NCBI GenBank assembly: GCA_903851135.1 | Contig: CAINNK010000008.1 | Location: 13,136-77,135, forward strand | Length of the DNA stretch: 64,000 bases | Source: an uncultured bacterium | GTDB taxonomy: Bacteria > Patescibacteriota > Minisyncoccia > Moranbacterales > GWC2-37-73 | Direction: 5' to 3' | Shown here: one piece after another, positions 11,070 to 20,999 of the stretch | How positions within the stretch are numbered: the stretch's first letter is position 1 | Layout of the letters: every line of letters begins with the position of its first letter | Translations under genes and position numbers: made by a program | Notes under the pieces: model-generated | What the model was told of the DNA's origin: nothing | Seen by the model: the letters and a program-made list of their open reading frames with translations, nothing else | Database searches by the model: none

Positions 11070-11768
11070 ATGGAAAAAAACGGAACCCTTTTTATTATTG
11101 CTACGCCGATTGGAAATTTGGAGGACATTACTTTGCGGGCATTGCGCGTCTTGAAAGAAGTTGAGGCGATTGCTTGCGAGGACACGCGGGTGACTAGCAG
11201 GCTGCTTTCACATTATAACATATCCAAACCGCTACTTTCTCTGCACCAGCATAGTGGCGAGATTCAATTTGGAAAAATTCTGACTTTGTTGGCTGATGGC
11301 AAAAGCGTGGCGTATGCCAGCGATGCTGGCACGCCAGGAGTTTCTGATCCTGGAAACAAATTGGTTGCCCAAGCTCTTGCTCAGGATTTTGCGGTAGTTC
11401 CGATTCCAGGTGCGTCCGCCTTGGCAACCTTGATCAGTGTCAGCGGGATTGATATGCAGGTTTTTTCTTTTCTGGGTTTTCCGCCCCACAAAAAGGGACG
11501 TGAAACTTTTTTCAAAAATGTTTTAGCAAACAAAATTCCAATTGTTTACTATGATTCTCCGCATCGGGTAATCAAAAATTTGAAATTATTGGAATCATTG
11601 GAGAAGTTGGAATCAGACGCTGATGTTTCAATAAAGCAAATTATCATCGGCCGCGAACTGACTAAAATGTTTGAAGAAGTTGTTCGTGGAGATATTGCAG
11701 AAATTGAAACTTATTTTTCACAGCATCCGGAAAAGATGAAAGGCGAATTTTCGGTTATTGTTTTTTAG
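11070..11768 (+). CDS. rsmI: 16S rRNA (cytidine-1402-2'-O)-methyltransferase
   Basis: ATPIGNLEDITLRAL, CEDTR, SDAGTPGVSDPG, RELTKMFEE. Confidence 0.95.
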   Translation: MEKNGTLFIIATPIGNLEDITLRALRVLKEVEAIACEDTRVTSRLLSHYNISKPLLSLHQHSGEIQFGKILTLLADGKSVAYASDAGTPGVSDPGNKLVAQALAQDFAVVPIPGASALATLISVSGIDMQVFSFLGFPPHKKGRETFFKNVLANKIPIVYYDSPHRVIKNLKLLESLEKLESDADVSIKQIIIGRELTKMFEEVVRGDIAEIETYFSQHPEKMKGEFSVIVF

Positions 11769-11808
11769 TTGATAAAATAGTTATGATGTGGGTATAATAA
11801 GGATATGA

Positions 11809-11939
11809 ATCCAGTAGCGATAATTTGAAAAAAGATTACACTGATAGCTATTGGATTAATGAGATGATACTTTACGTAATTTTATTGAGAAATAGAGGTT
11901 TAATTTGGGCAAAGCCCATTCAAATTTCTGCTACTGGAT
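11809..11939. mobile_element. MITE-like inverted-repeat element inserted at the argS start codon
   Basis: Arms ATCCAGTAGC-GAT-AATTTGAA / TTCAAATT-TCT-GCTACTGGAT; ATGAA present at both ends. Confidence 0.55.
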
Positions 11940-13650
11940 GAAAAAACAAATTCAAAAAATTATCGAAGATGCCTTGTTTAAGGTAAAAAATACCAATAAA
12001 TGGGTGGATTTTGAGATGCCTGAAATCATCATTGATTATCCAAAAAGTGAGCAATTTGGGGACTATTCTTCAAATATCGCCATGGTGTTGGCCAAAAAAA
12101 TTGGGAAAAGTCCAATGGAAATTGCAAGCCAAATTGTTATATTGTTAAATTGCTACATTGCTGAAAGGGAATTGAGTAAAACTTTTAAAAAGGTAGAGGT
12201 TGCAGCGCCAGGCTATTTGAATTTTTATTTGTCGAAAAAATATTTGCAGGATTTAGTTTTAAAAATAAATACTGAGAATGATAGTTTTGGAAACGGTGGA
12301 AAGAAAAAAGAAAAAGTGATGGTGGAATTTTCTCAACCAAACACACACAAAGAATTTCACATTGGTCATTTGCGCAATGTTTTTGTTGGTGATTCGCTCG
12401 TTAAGGTTATTAGAAAAGCTGGTAGCCAAGTGATTGGCGCAAACTACATTGGTGATACTGGATCTCACATTGCAAAATGTTTGTGGGGTATCACCAAATT
12501 TCACAGCCAAGAGAACCTTGATGAAATTTCAAATAAGGCTGAATTTTTGGGAAAGGTTTACACTCAAGCTGTGCAAGCGATTGCGGAAAATGCTGAATTT
12601 GAAAATGAATTTAAAAACATTCAAAATGAATTTGAAAATGGCGATCCAAAGTTGGTTGATTTGTGGCAAAAAACCAAGCAATGGTCTTTGGATGATTTTC
12701 AAAAAATTTATGATCAGTTGAGTGTGTTTTTTGACGTGTATTTTTGGGAAAGTGAAGAGGAACTTGAAGGCAAGAAAATGCTCAAGGAATTGCTGAAAGT
12801 TTCTTGCATCAAAGAAAGTCAGGGCGCTATTGTGGCTGATTTGGAAGAATACGGATTGGGCGTGCTTGTTTTGGTCAGAAAAGATGGGAGCGCGCTTTAT
12901 GGACTCAAGGACATTTCCTTGGCGGTGAAAAAATTCAGAGAATTTGAAATTGACCGAAGCGTGATTGTGGTTGATTTGCGTCAGAGTTTGTATTTCAAGC
13001 AATTGTTCAAAGTGCTTGAGTGTATGGGTTTTCACAAGAATATGCAGCATGTCGGCTATGAATTTGTTTCCTTGAAGGGAAGTGAGATGATGTCTTCCAG
13101 AAAAGGAAATATTATTCCGGCAACCTATTTGATTCAAGAAACTATTAAGAGAGTGAAGGAAAAATTTCCAGAAACTGATGTGGCTGAGCAAATTGCAATC
13201 GGGGCTTTGAAATTCTATATGCTGAAATATTCTTCGCAATCAAAAATTGAATATGACATTGAAGAATCTGTGAAGCTAGATGGAGCAACCGGACCGTATG
13301 TGCAATACGCACATGCCAGAATCTGTAGTATTTTAAAGAAGGCAGAAGACTTAAAGTATGACGAAAATTTGGCATTACTGGTGAATGAAAAAGAGTTAAG
13401 TTTAATCAAAGAACTTAATAATTTTCCACAACTAGTGGAGTTGGTGGCTGAAACTTATGAGGTTAATAAGCTTGCTCATTATGCTATTAAATTGGCGGAT
13501 AAATTTCATTCTTTTTATGGTGCTTACAAGGTTATTGATGAGCAAAATCCGCAGCTTTCGGGCGCTAGACTTGCTTTGATAAATGCGGTTAAAATTGTGC
13601 TAGCCGAGACGTTGGCCCTGATTGGAGTTGAAGCGCCAGAGAAAATGTAA
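11938..13650 (+). CDS. argS: Arginine--tRNA ligase
   Basis: FGDYSSNIAM, VEFSQPNTHKEFHIGHLRN, MSSRKG, GPYVQYAHARICSI, APEKM; ATG at 11938 preferred to TTG at 11905. Confidence 0.96.
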   Translation: MKKQIQKIIEDALFKVKNTNKWVDFEMPEIIIDYPKSEQFGDYSSNIAMVLAKKIGKSPMEIASQIVILLNCYIAERELSKTFKKVEVAAPGYLNFYLSKKYLQDLVLKINTENDSFGNGGKKKEKVMVEFSQPNTHKEFHIGHLRNVFVGDSLVKVIRKAGSQVIGANYIGDTGSHIAKCLWGITKFHSQENLDEISNKAEFLGKVYTQAVQAIAENAEFENEFKNIQNEFENGDPKLVDLWQKTKQWSLDDFQKIYDQLSVFFDVYFWESEEELEGKKMLKELLKVSCIKESQGAIVADLEEYGLGVLVLVRKDGSALYGLKDISLAVKKFREFEIDRSVIVVDLRQSLYFKQLFKVLECMGFHKNMQHVGYEFVSLKGSEMMSSRKGNIIPATYLIQETIKRVKEKFPETDVAEQIAIGALKFYMLKYSSQSKIEYDIEESVKLDGATGPYVQYAHARICSILKKAEDLKYDENLALLVNEKELSLIKELNNFPQLVELVAETYEVNKLAHYAIKLADKFHSFYGAYKVIDEQNPQLSGARLALINAVKIVLAETLALIGVEAPEKM

Positions 13651-13720
13651 AAACCTATGAAATTATTATAAAAAAATCGATTTATATACAAATTAGGGTT
13701 TTGAGAAACTAAGTTAGGAA

Positions 13721-13835
13721 TTTTTACTTCCCTTGTTTACTTTTTAGGACACGCTCTTGGTCAGGAATTATAACCAATCGCTCAGAATTCGCTGTCGCTC
13801 ATAATGGTCTAAAAAGTAAACAAGGGAAGTAAAAA
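13721..13835. repeat. Long inverted repeat, MITE-like
   Basis: TTTTTACTTCCCTTGTTTACTTTTTAG ... CTAAAAAGTAAACAAGGGAAGTAAAAA, about 27-bp perfect arms around a CGCT-rich core. Confidence 0.7.
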
Positions 13836-13889
13836 TCTAGAGATAATTTTTAGTTGGAATCATGAATTACTTATGATTCAAAAAATCAT

Positions 13890-15053
13890 ATGAAAATTGG
13901 AATTGATGCGAGATCTATTTTAAACCCAGCTAAGGGCGATGCAATTGGAGTGGGTCACTACACCTATCAGCTTATTCGACACTTGCTGGAAATCGACACA
14001 GAAAATGAATATGTACTTTTCTTTGATTTTCGAGTGCGGGAAAAAGATGTGAAGAAATTTTCCAAGCCGAATGTTCAAATCAGGTTTTATCCTTTTTCGG
14101 ATTACAAAAAATATTTGCCGGGAGCTTATAGCGAAATTTTGGGAACGGCCACTTTGCAAAAAGAAAACTTGGATGTGCTGCATTCAACTTCAGCGCTCAA
14201 TCGCATTCCAATGGGCTATCAAGGCAAAACCATTGTGACTTTTCATGACATGGCGGCTTTTGAGATTCCTCAGTATTTGCCAGCTGTTGGCCGAACCAGG
14301 GACAAAGCAATTTCCAATATCATGGCCGCCAAGGCAGTTAAAATCATTGCCGTTTCAAATTCGGTCAAAGCGGAACTCAAAAAACATTTGAAAATTGTCG
14401 AGGAAAAAATGGAAGTTATTTATAGTGGTCTGGACGGACGATTTTTTCAAGAGCCGGAAACGAGTGGGGCCAAAATTTTGAGCAAATATGATATCAGCAA
14501 GAAATACATTTTGTTTTTGGGAACCTTGGAACCGTCAAAAAATATTGCGCAACTTTTGGAAGCTTTTGCAAAATTCAAAAATCTGCAGAAAAAACAAAAC
14601 GGTGGCAAATTTGATTTTCAATTGGTGTTGGCTGGTAAGCGTGGTTGGATGTCAAAAGCTTATCCTCAAATTATCAAGGATTTGGGTTTGATTAAGGATG
14701 TGATTTTCACGGGCTATATCATTGGCGACGAGCTGGTGCCACTGTTTCGTGGGGCTGAGTTTTTCGTGATGCCATCTTTTCATGAAGGTTTTGGGATGAC
14801 GGTGTTGGAAGCATTTGCCACGCAGACCCCGGCGATTGTTTCCAATGTGGCATCATTGCCAGAAATTGCTGGCGATGCAGCACTGTTTGTTGATCCGATG
14901 AGCGTTGAAGAAATTACCAAAGCAATGAGCACGCTGGCTAACGACCCAGCTCTTTGCGCTGAGCTTCGCAACAAAGGTTTGGAGCAAGCCAAAAAATTTG
15001 ATTGGAAAAAAACCGCCCAGCAGACGTTGGAGATTTACAAAAGTTTAAAATAG
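13890..15053 (+). CDS. GT4-family (GT-B) glycosyltransferase
   Basis: MKIGIDAR, FLGTLEPSKN, EGFGMTVLEA, SLPEIAGDAA. Confidence 0.92.
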   Translation: MKIGIDARSILNPAKGDAIGVGHYTYQLIRHLLEIDTENEYVLFFDFRVREKDVKKFSKPNVQIRFYPFSDYKKYLPGAYSEILGTATLQKENLDVLHSTSALNRIPMGYQGKTIVTFHDMAAFEIPQYLPAVGRTRDKAISNIMAAKAVKIIAVSNSVKAELKKHLKIVEEKMEVIYSGLDGRFFQEPETSGAKILSKYDISKKYILFLGTLEPSKNIAQLLEAFAKFKNLQKKQNGGKFDFQLVLAGKRGWMSKAYPQIIKDLGLIKDVIFTGYIIGDELVPLFRGAEFFVMPSFHEGFGMTVLEAFATQTPAIVSNVASLPEIAGDAALFVDPMSVEEITKAMSTLANDPALCAELRNKGLEQAKKFDWKKTAQQTLEIYKSLK

Positions 15054-15069
15054 GAATAAAATAGATTTA

Positions 15070-15352
15070 AAGGCAATGAGGGAGCTATCACTCTCTCGCC
15101 CAGGTGAAATTTTCGCTTTGCGAATTTCACTGGGCAGGCCATGCGAAGAAAATCGCCAAGGAGGCGGAAAGTAGAACGCGTCGGGTAGGCCCGTAACAGC
15201 TTGAAAAGAGGGCTTTAGCTTCATTAGCTTCGTTAGTTTTTAGGAAAATGAATTTTTTCTATAAGCTATAAGCTATAAGCTATAAGCTAAACTAAGGTGG
15301 TACCACGAATCATTTCGTCCTTATGCATTTTTTGCGTAGGGATTTTTGTTTA
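15070..15352 (+). promoter_or_regulatory. T-box riboswitch leader of ileS
   Basis: AACTAAGGTGGTACCACG T-box at about 15290-15308, followed by TTTCGTCCTTA antiterminator and a terminator with T-run; candidate Ile specifier GAAAATC (AUC) at about 15148-15154. Confidence 0.8.
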
Positions 15353-15394
15353 TTCTCTACGAATTACGAATTTTTACGAATGTACGAAAAATTT

Positions 15395-15497
15395 AACTCC
15401 TCCCTTTAGAAAAGGGAGGTTGGGAGGGATTTGAAAAATTTTCTTTGCAAATATAGTTTTTCAAATCCACCTTAATCCTCTTTTTCTAAAGGAGGAA
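15395..15497. repeat. Palindromic element (CTCCCTTT-AGAA-AAGGGAGG TTGGGAGGGATTT ... AAATCCACCTTAATCCTCTTT...AAAGGAGG)
   Basis: Two small hairpins in inverted arrangement between the T-box terminator and the ileS start. Confidence 0.6.
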
Positions 15498-15546
15498 AAA
15501 ATAAATTTGTAGGATTTAAGATATTAATAATTTTAGATAAAAACAT

Positions 15547-18500
15547 ATGAATTTTAAGAAGGTTGATGTCAAACAAAGTTTTCCGAAGATGGAGGAAGAG
15601 ATTTTGAAATTTTGGGAAACTGAAAAAATTTTTGAAAAATCTTTGGAAAAAACCAAGGGTGGGAAGCCCTACACTTTTTTTGATGGGCCACCTTTTGCGA
15701 CGGGCACGCCTCATCATGGGCATATTGTGGGCAGTGTGATGAAAGATGTGGTGCCGAGATTTTGGACAATGAAAGGACGACATGTGGAAAGAAAATGGGG
15801 TTGGGATTGCCATGGGCTGCCGATTGAAAACATTGCTGAAAAAGAATTGGGTTTCAAGCACAAGAAAGATATCGAGGAATATGGTGTTGATAAGTTCAAC
15901 GAGTTTTGTCGCAGCAAAGTTTTGGGTTATGTGGATGATTGGAAAAAAGTAATCAACCGATTGGGCCGCTGGGCTGACATGGAAAATGCCTACAAGACCA
16001 TGGATTTGAAGTATATGGAATCAGTTTGGTGGGTTTTCAAAGAATTGTGGGACAAAGGCTTGATTTATGAAGGTTATCGTTCCATGCACATTTGCACTCG
16101 CTGCGAAACCACCCTTTCTCAACAGGAAGTTTCGGAAGGATACAAGGATATCAAGGATTTATCAGTGGTTGCAAAGTTTGAGTTGCTCTCTACGAATTAC
16201 CTGCCTACCGGACAGGCAGGCGAATCTGATACGAATGTACGAAAAGAAGACGAAGCCAAGACTTATATTTTGGCGTGGACAACGACGCCTTGGACTTTGA
16301 TTGGAAATGTGGCGCTGGCAGTGGGGAAGGATATTGAATATGAATATTTACAAATAGATGCTAGTGATAGCGCTAAATTCAATAAGGGCGATATTTATAT
16401 TGTAGGTTTGGAAAAAATTAAAAATGTATCAGGAGGAACTTTAGCTGTTTATGATTGGGGATACAATGTTAATTTTGCAAATGAGGGTAACGTTTCTTTT
16501 AAGCGAATAAAGACCATAAAGGGTTCTGATCTGATTGGTAAAACCTACAAGCCGCTTTTTGATTATTATCAGACTCCGGATTTGGAAAATGCAGAAAATG
16601 GCTGGAAAATTTATGCGGGTGATTTTGTGACGACGGAAGATGGAGTGGGTGTGGTGCATATCGCGCCGGCTTTTGGGGAGGATGATATGAATTTGGGAAA
16701 GGAAAACAATTTGCCTTTCATTCAGCATGTGAAAATGGATGGAACCATTAAAGAGCAAGCGACTGACTTTGCTGGGATGAATGTAAAATCCTTGGAAGAT
16801 CATATGCAGACTGACATTGAAATTATCAAATATCTGGCAAAGCATGGCACGCTTTTTTCCAAAGAAAAATATGAGCACAGTTATCCGCATTGTTGGCGCT
16901 GCGATACACCGTTAATCAACTACGCAACCACTTCTTGGTTTGTCAGTGTTGGCAAAGTGAAGCAGCGAGCGCTTGAGCTAGCCAAGGAAATCACTTGGTT
17001 TCCGGCGCATATCAAAGATGGACGTTTCGGAAAATGGTTGGAAGGCGCTCGTGATTGGTCAATTTCCCGTCAGCGTTTTTGGGCGTCAGTGATGCCGATT
17101 TGGCGCTGTGAATGCGGCGAGATGAAAGTTTTTGGCTCAGTAGCTGACTTGGAAAAAGTTTCAGGTGAAAAAATATCAGACTTGCATAAACACATTGTCG
17201 ACAAAATAACTGTGCCATGTGAAAAGTGTGGAAAACAAATGCACCGCGTGCCGGATGTTTTGGACACTTGGTTTGACTCTGGTTCGATGCCATATGCTCA
17301 GCAGCACTATCCATTTGAAAATCAAGAAAAATTTGAAGACGGTTTTCCAGCTGAATTCATCGCAGAGGGCGTGGATCAAACTCGCGCTTGGTTTTATTAT
17401 TTGCATTTGATTGCCACGGCCATCAAAGATAAAAATGCTTTCAACAATGTCATCGTTAATGGAATCGTGTTGGCGGAAGATGGCAAGAAAATGTCCAAGC
17501 GGCTGCAGAATTATCCAGATCCGACTTATCTTTTTGACAAATATGGAGCTGATGCTCTCAGATTTTATTTGATGTCTTCGCCAGTGGTGGCTGCGGACAA
17601 TTTGAATTTCAAAGAAAGCGATGTTTCTGATTTGGTGCGCGGAATGTTTCGCATGCTTTGGAATTCGTATTCGTTTTTTGCACTTTACGCCAACATTGAT
17701 GGCTTTGATTCAAAAAAGAAAAATGAAAAATCCGAAAATCTTTTGGACAAATGGATTTTGTCAGAACTGCATATTCTCATCAAAGAAGTCAATGAAAATA
17801 TGGAAAAATATGATTTGGCACGCACAGCCAGACTGTTTCCAAAATTTATCGACAATCTTTCCAATTGGTACATTCGCCGCTCTCGCAAAAGATTTTGGAA
17901 ATCTGAAAATGATGCTGACAAGGATTTTGCTTATCAAACTCTGCACACCGTGTTGGTTGAACTTTCAAAATTGATGGCACCATTCACGCCGTTCATGTCG
18001 GAAGAAATTTACAGGAATTTGGTTAGCAGTTCACAGTCAACAGTTCACGGCGAAGAGAGTGTTCATCTTGCTGATTTTCCAGTGGCGGATGAGAGTTTGA
18101 TTGATGAAAAGTTGAATGAAGACATGGAATTGGTAAGATTTATTGTTACGGAGGGGCTTAGAAGTCGTGCTGAGCATAAAATAAAAGTAAGGCAACCATT
18201 GAAATCTGTAACTGCAAGACCAATAAGAATTGAATTGCAAGAAATGGTAAAAGAAGAACTTAATGTTAAAGAATATAATAGTGATGGTTTTAAAGATGGC
18301 GAAGAAGGATTTTTTAATATGTTAGATCTTTCTATTACTCCCGAACTTAAACTCGAAGGTCAAGCTCGTGAAATTGTGCGTTTCATTCAGGAAATGCGTA
18401 AGCAGGCAGGTTATGAAGTTGAAAATCATATCAGCGTTCAATTCGAAGGTCTTGATGAAGTTTTTGAAAAGTTTTCAGATTTGATTGCCAAGGAAACTTT

Positions 18501-18597
18501 ATCGGATTCAATTGAAAAAGGTGCTGGCGAAGATTTTGATTTGAAGAAGGAATTGGAGGTGGATGGAAAAAAAATATTAATAGCTGTGAAGAAATAG
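15547..18597 (+). CDS. ileS: Isoleucine--tRNA ligase, type 2 (archaeal/eukaryote-like)
   Basis: DGPPFATGTPHHGH, GWDCHGLP, WTTTPWTL, DWSISRQRFW, KMSKR, NLSNWYIRRSRKRFW. Confidence 0.97.
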   Translation: MNFKKVDVKQSFPKMEEEILKFWETEKIFEKSLEKTKGGKPYTFFDGPPFATGTPHHGHIVGSVMKDVVPRFWTMKGRHVERKWGWDCHGLPIENIAEKELGFKHKKDIEEYGVDKFNEFCRSKVLGYVDDWKKVINRLGRWADMENAYKTMDLKYMESVWWVFKELWDKGLIYEGYRSMHICTRCETTLSQQEVSEGYKDIKDLSVVAKFELLSTNYLPTGQAGESDTNVRKEDEAKTYILAWTTTPWTLIGNVALAVGKDIEYEYLQIDASDSAKFNKGDIYIVGLEKIKNVSGGTLAVYDWGYNVNFANEGNVSFKRIKTIKGSDLIGKTYKPLFDYYQTPDLENAENGWKIYAGDFVTTEDGVGVVHIAPAFGEDDMNLGKENNLPFIQHVKMDGTIKEQATDFAGMNVKSLEDHMQTDIEIIKYLAKHGTLFSKEKYEHSYPHCWRCDTPLINYATTSWFVSVGKVKQRALELAKEITWFPAHIKDGRFGKWLEGARDWSISRQRFWASVMPIWRCECGEMKVFGSVADLEKVSGEKISDLHKHIVDKITVPCEKCGKQMHRVPDVLDTWFDSGSMPYAQQHYPFENQEKFEDGFPAEFIAEGVDQTRAWFYYLHLIATAIKDKNAFNNVIVNGIVLAEDGKKMSKRLQNYPDPTYLFDKYGADALRFYLMSSPVVAADNLNFKESDVSDLVRGMFRMLWNSYSFFALYANIDGFDSKKKNEKSENLLDKWILSELHILIKEVNENMEKYDLARTARLFPKFIDNLSNWYIRRSRKRFWKSENDADKDFAYQTLHTVLVELSKLMAPFTPFMSEEIYRNLVSSSQSTVHGEESVHLADFPVADESLIDEKLNEDMELVRFIVTEGLRSRAEHKIKVRQPLKSVTARPIRIELQEMVKEELNVKEYNSDGFKDGEEGFFNMLDLSITPELKLEGQAREIVRFIQEMRKQAGYEVENHISVQFEGLDEVFEKFSDLIAKETLSDSIEKGAGEDFDLKKELEVDGKKILIAVKK

Positions 18598-18611
18598 TAT
18601 TCTTCAATGAA

Positions 18612-18703
18612 GTCTTTGCGAGCATGTAATCATGCGAAGTAATCCAGGGCTCTGTAAAATCCTGGATCGCCACAGATTTCGAGTACAAAATCTTCGCGAT
18701 GAT
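18612..18703. repeat. RPE-like palindromic element, copy 1
   Basis: GTCTTTGCGAG...GAAGTAATCCAGG...CCTGGATCGCCACAGATTTCGAGTACAAAATCTTCGCGATGA; closely similar to the reverse complement of 28934-29029. Confidence 0.8.
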
Positions 18704-18803
18704 GAGGGGGAATAAAATTTATTTGTAGATTTGTAGCTGATTTGCAGATTTGTGGGTCTTTTTCTAAAATCCAGAATCAAGAATCTAAAATCTGTCCCAA
18801 AAA

Positions 18804-19520
18804 ATGGAATACAAATACACTGCAATCATTTTAAACAAACGCAATGTGGGGGAAACGGATCGCATTTGCACGATGTACTCTCTTGAAGGTGGCAAAATAA
18901 AGTCAGTGGCCAAGGGCGTGCGCAAACCGCAGGCGAAGTTGGCGGCTTCCTTGGAAAGTATCACCTTGGCGGATGTCACGATTGTGCGCAGTCGCGGGCT
19001 GGGAAAAATCACTGGTTCAATTGTGGAGAACAATTTTACGGCCATCAAAAAAGATGAGCAAGCCTTGCTGAATGTTTTTGCGGTTTTTCATTTGTTCGAC
19101 AAACTGGTTGATTTTGAAAATCCAGATCAAGGTGTTTTCGAGTTGCTGCAAAAATATCTCGAGAGCATGGAGAAAGCTGTCGGTGGTGGCGACGAGCAAA
19201 AATATCTGATTTTTCGTTATGGTTTTATAGTGAAACTGCTGGATGCGCTTGGTTATGCCATTGGGGTTGATGTTTGCGCTGCCTGTGGCTGCGAGCTGAC
19301 TCCGGCTAAGATTTGTTTTTCTTCGCAGCAAGGTGGAGTTTTGTGCGAGCAGTGTGCCAAACAAGACAAGGATGCAATTTTGGTCAGTGTTAATGCGGTC
19401 AAAATGCTGCGACTTTTTTTGAAAAATGACCTGCCAACTTTTGCAAAGATCCAAGCCTTCCGACAAGATTTTGACAGCATGCGGCTGGCGGTGGATGATT
19501 TTTTGAGATGGAACCTATAG
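18804..19520 (+). CDS. recO: DNA repair protein RecO
   Basis: GETDRICTMYS...GKIKSVAKGVRKP OB-fold, CAACG and GGVLCEQC zinc ligands. Confidence 0.93.
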   Translation: MEYKYTAIILNKRNVGETDRICTMYSLEGGKIKSVAKGVRKPQAKLAASLESITLADVTIVRSRGLGKITGSIVENNFTAIKKDEQALLNVFAVFHLFDKLVDFENPDQGVFELLQKYLESMEKAVGGGDEQKYLIFRYGFIVKLLDALGYAIGVDVCAACGCELTPAKICFSSQQGGVLCEQCAKQDKDAILVSVNAVKMLRLFLKNDLPTFAKIQAFRQDFDSMRLAVDDFLRWNL

Positions 19521-19613
19521 GGTTCAAATTGTTATATTGTTACATTGCTAAATTGTTGAAAATTTTTAAAAGATTTACTTTTCCTTTGAGTTTTTTTACT
19601 CTATAATATCCAT

Positions 19614-20915
19614 ATGCGTACAAACATTGTGCATGAGGGGGCTGACGAACTGACTTATGAAATTCGGGGAATCGTTCGGGTGGCTCAGCAATTGCAAAAA
19701 CTAGGCGTGGAGATCGTGTGGGAAAATATTGGCGACCCAATTGCCAAAGGAGAAACAGTTCCGCAGTGGATCAAAGACATTGTCGCCGCCACAATGCGTG
19801 AGGATAAGTCTTTTGGCTATTCGCCGACCAAAGGGGTTGTCAGCGCAAGAGAATTTATTGCAGCCGAGCGTTTGCGCCAGTCGAATATCATTCTTAATCC
19901 GGAAGACATTCTTTTTTTCAACGGTTTGGGGGATGCGATTTCCAAGGTTTACACCTATCTGCGTCACAGTGCTCGCATTATAGGACCATGTCCAGCTTAT
20001 CCAACTCATTCTTCAGCTGAAGCCGCACATGCTGGGGCTCCACATATCACCTATACACTTGATCATCACAAAAATTGGTATCCGAATTTGGAAGATATTC
20101 GCAATAAAGTAAAATATAATCCACTGGTGGCTGGAATTTTGATTATCAACCCTGACAATCCGACGGGGATGGTTTATCCAAAAAGAGTTTTGGAGGAGAT
20201 CGTTTCAATTGCCAGGCAGTATGGACTTTTTTTGATTGCTGATGAAACTTATGCGCAGCTTTCCTATGGCCGCGAAAAAATGACGCCGCTTTATGAAGTG
20301 CTTGGCAATGATGTGCCGGCGATTGTGATGCGCGGACTTTCCAAGGAAATACCTTGGCCTGGTTCACGTTGCGGCTGGATTGAAATATACAACAAGGATA
20401 ACGACCCGATGTTTGCTCGTTATGCCAAGACCTTGGTGGATGCCAAGATGTTGGAAGTTTGCTCGACGACTTTGCCGCAATTGGCTTTGCCAAAAATTAT
20501 GAGCGACCAGCGTTTTGTTGGGCATGTGCAAGCGCGGGCTGAAAATTATCGCAAAAAAGCGGACATTGCAAGAGCTATTTTTTCTAGCCTTGGTGAAGTG
20601 ATTGCGCCATGTCCGGAAAGTTCTTTTTATTATTCCGTCGTTTTTGAAGAGGGCGTTTTGAATGGTGAGCAATCTTTGCTGATTGCTGATCAGGCAGTTC
20701 GAGAATATATTGAAACTGAAGTTGAAGGCGTTGCTCCAGACAAAAGATTTGTGTTGTATTTAATGGCTGCCACGGGAGTTTGTGTGGTGCCACTTTCTGG
20801 CTTTAACACTGATTTGCCAGGCTTCCGCATGACCTTGCTTGAAACTGACGAAGAAAAATTCAAGCAAACAGTGGAAAAAATTGCCCAGGCGATTCGAACT
20901 TACGTGAAAGCATAA
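19614..20915 (+). CDS. PLP-dependent class I/II aminotransferase (AlaA-like)
   Basis: LTYEIRG, ENIGDP, INPDNPTG, DETY, GLSKEIPWPGSRCGW. Confidence 0.9.
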   Translation: MRTNIVHEGADELTYEIRGIVRVAQQLQKLGVEIVWENIGDPIAKGETVPQWIKDIVAATMREDKSFGYSPTKGVVSAREFIAAERLRQSNIILNPEDILFFNGLGDAISKVYTYLRHSARIIGPCPAYPTHSSAEAAHAGAPHITYTLDHHKNWYPNLEDIRNKVKYNPLVAGILIINPDNPTGMVYPKRVLEEIVSIARQYGLFLIADETYAQLSYGREKMTPLYEVLGNDVPAIVMRGLSKEIPWPGSRCGWIEIYNKDNDPMFARYAKTLVDAKMLEVCSTTLPQLALPKIMSDQRFVGHVQARAENYRKKADIARAIFSSLGEVIAPCPESSFYYSVVFEEGVLNGEQSLLIADQAVREYIETEVEGVAPDKRFVLYLMAATGVCVVPLSGFNTDLPGFRMTLLETDEEKFKQTVEKIAQAIRTYVKA

Positions 20916-20999
20916 CATTTCTGTTTTTTTACTTTTATTGGTATAATAAAATTAATGTAGTAATTGGAAAAAATAAGCGTAATATAAAAATAAAAAAAT

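Noticed and set aside
16190-16245. Inteins or self-splicing introns as the source of the in-frame inserts
   Set aside because: Inserts are only 20-105 nt and lack intein termini and group I/II cores; RNA-level excision by another route is untested.
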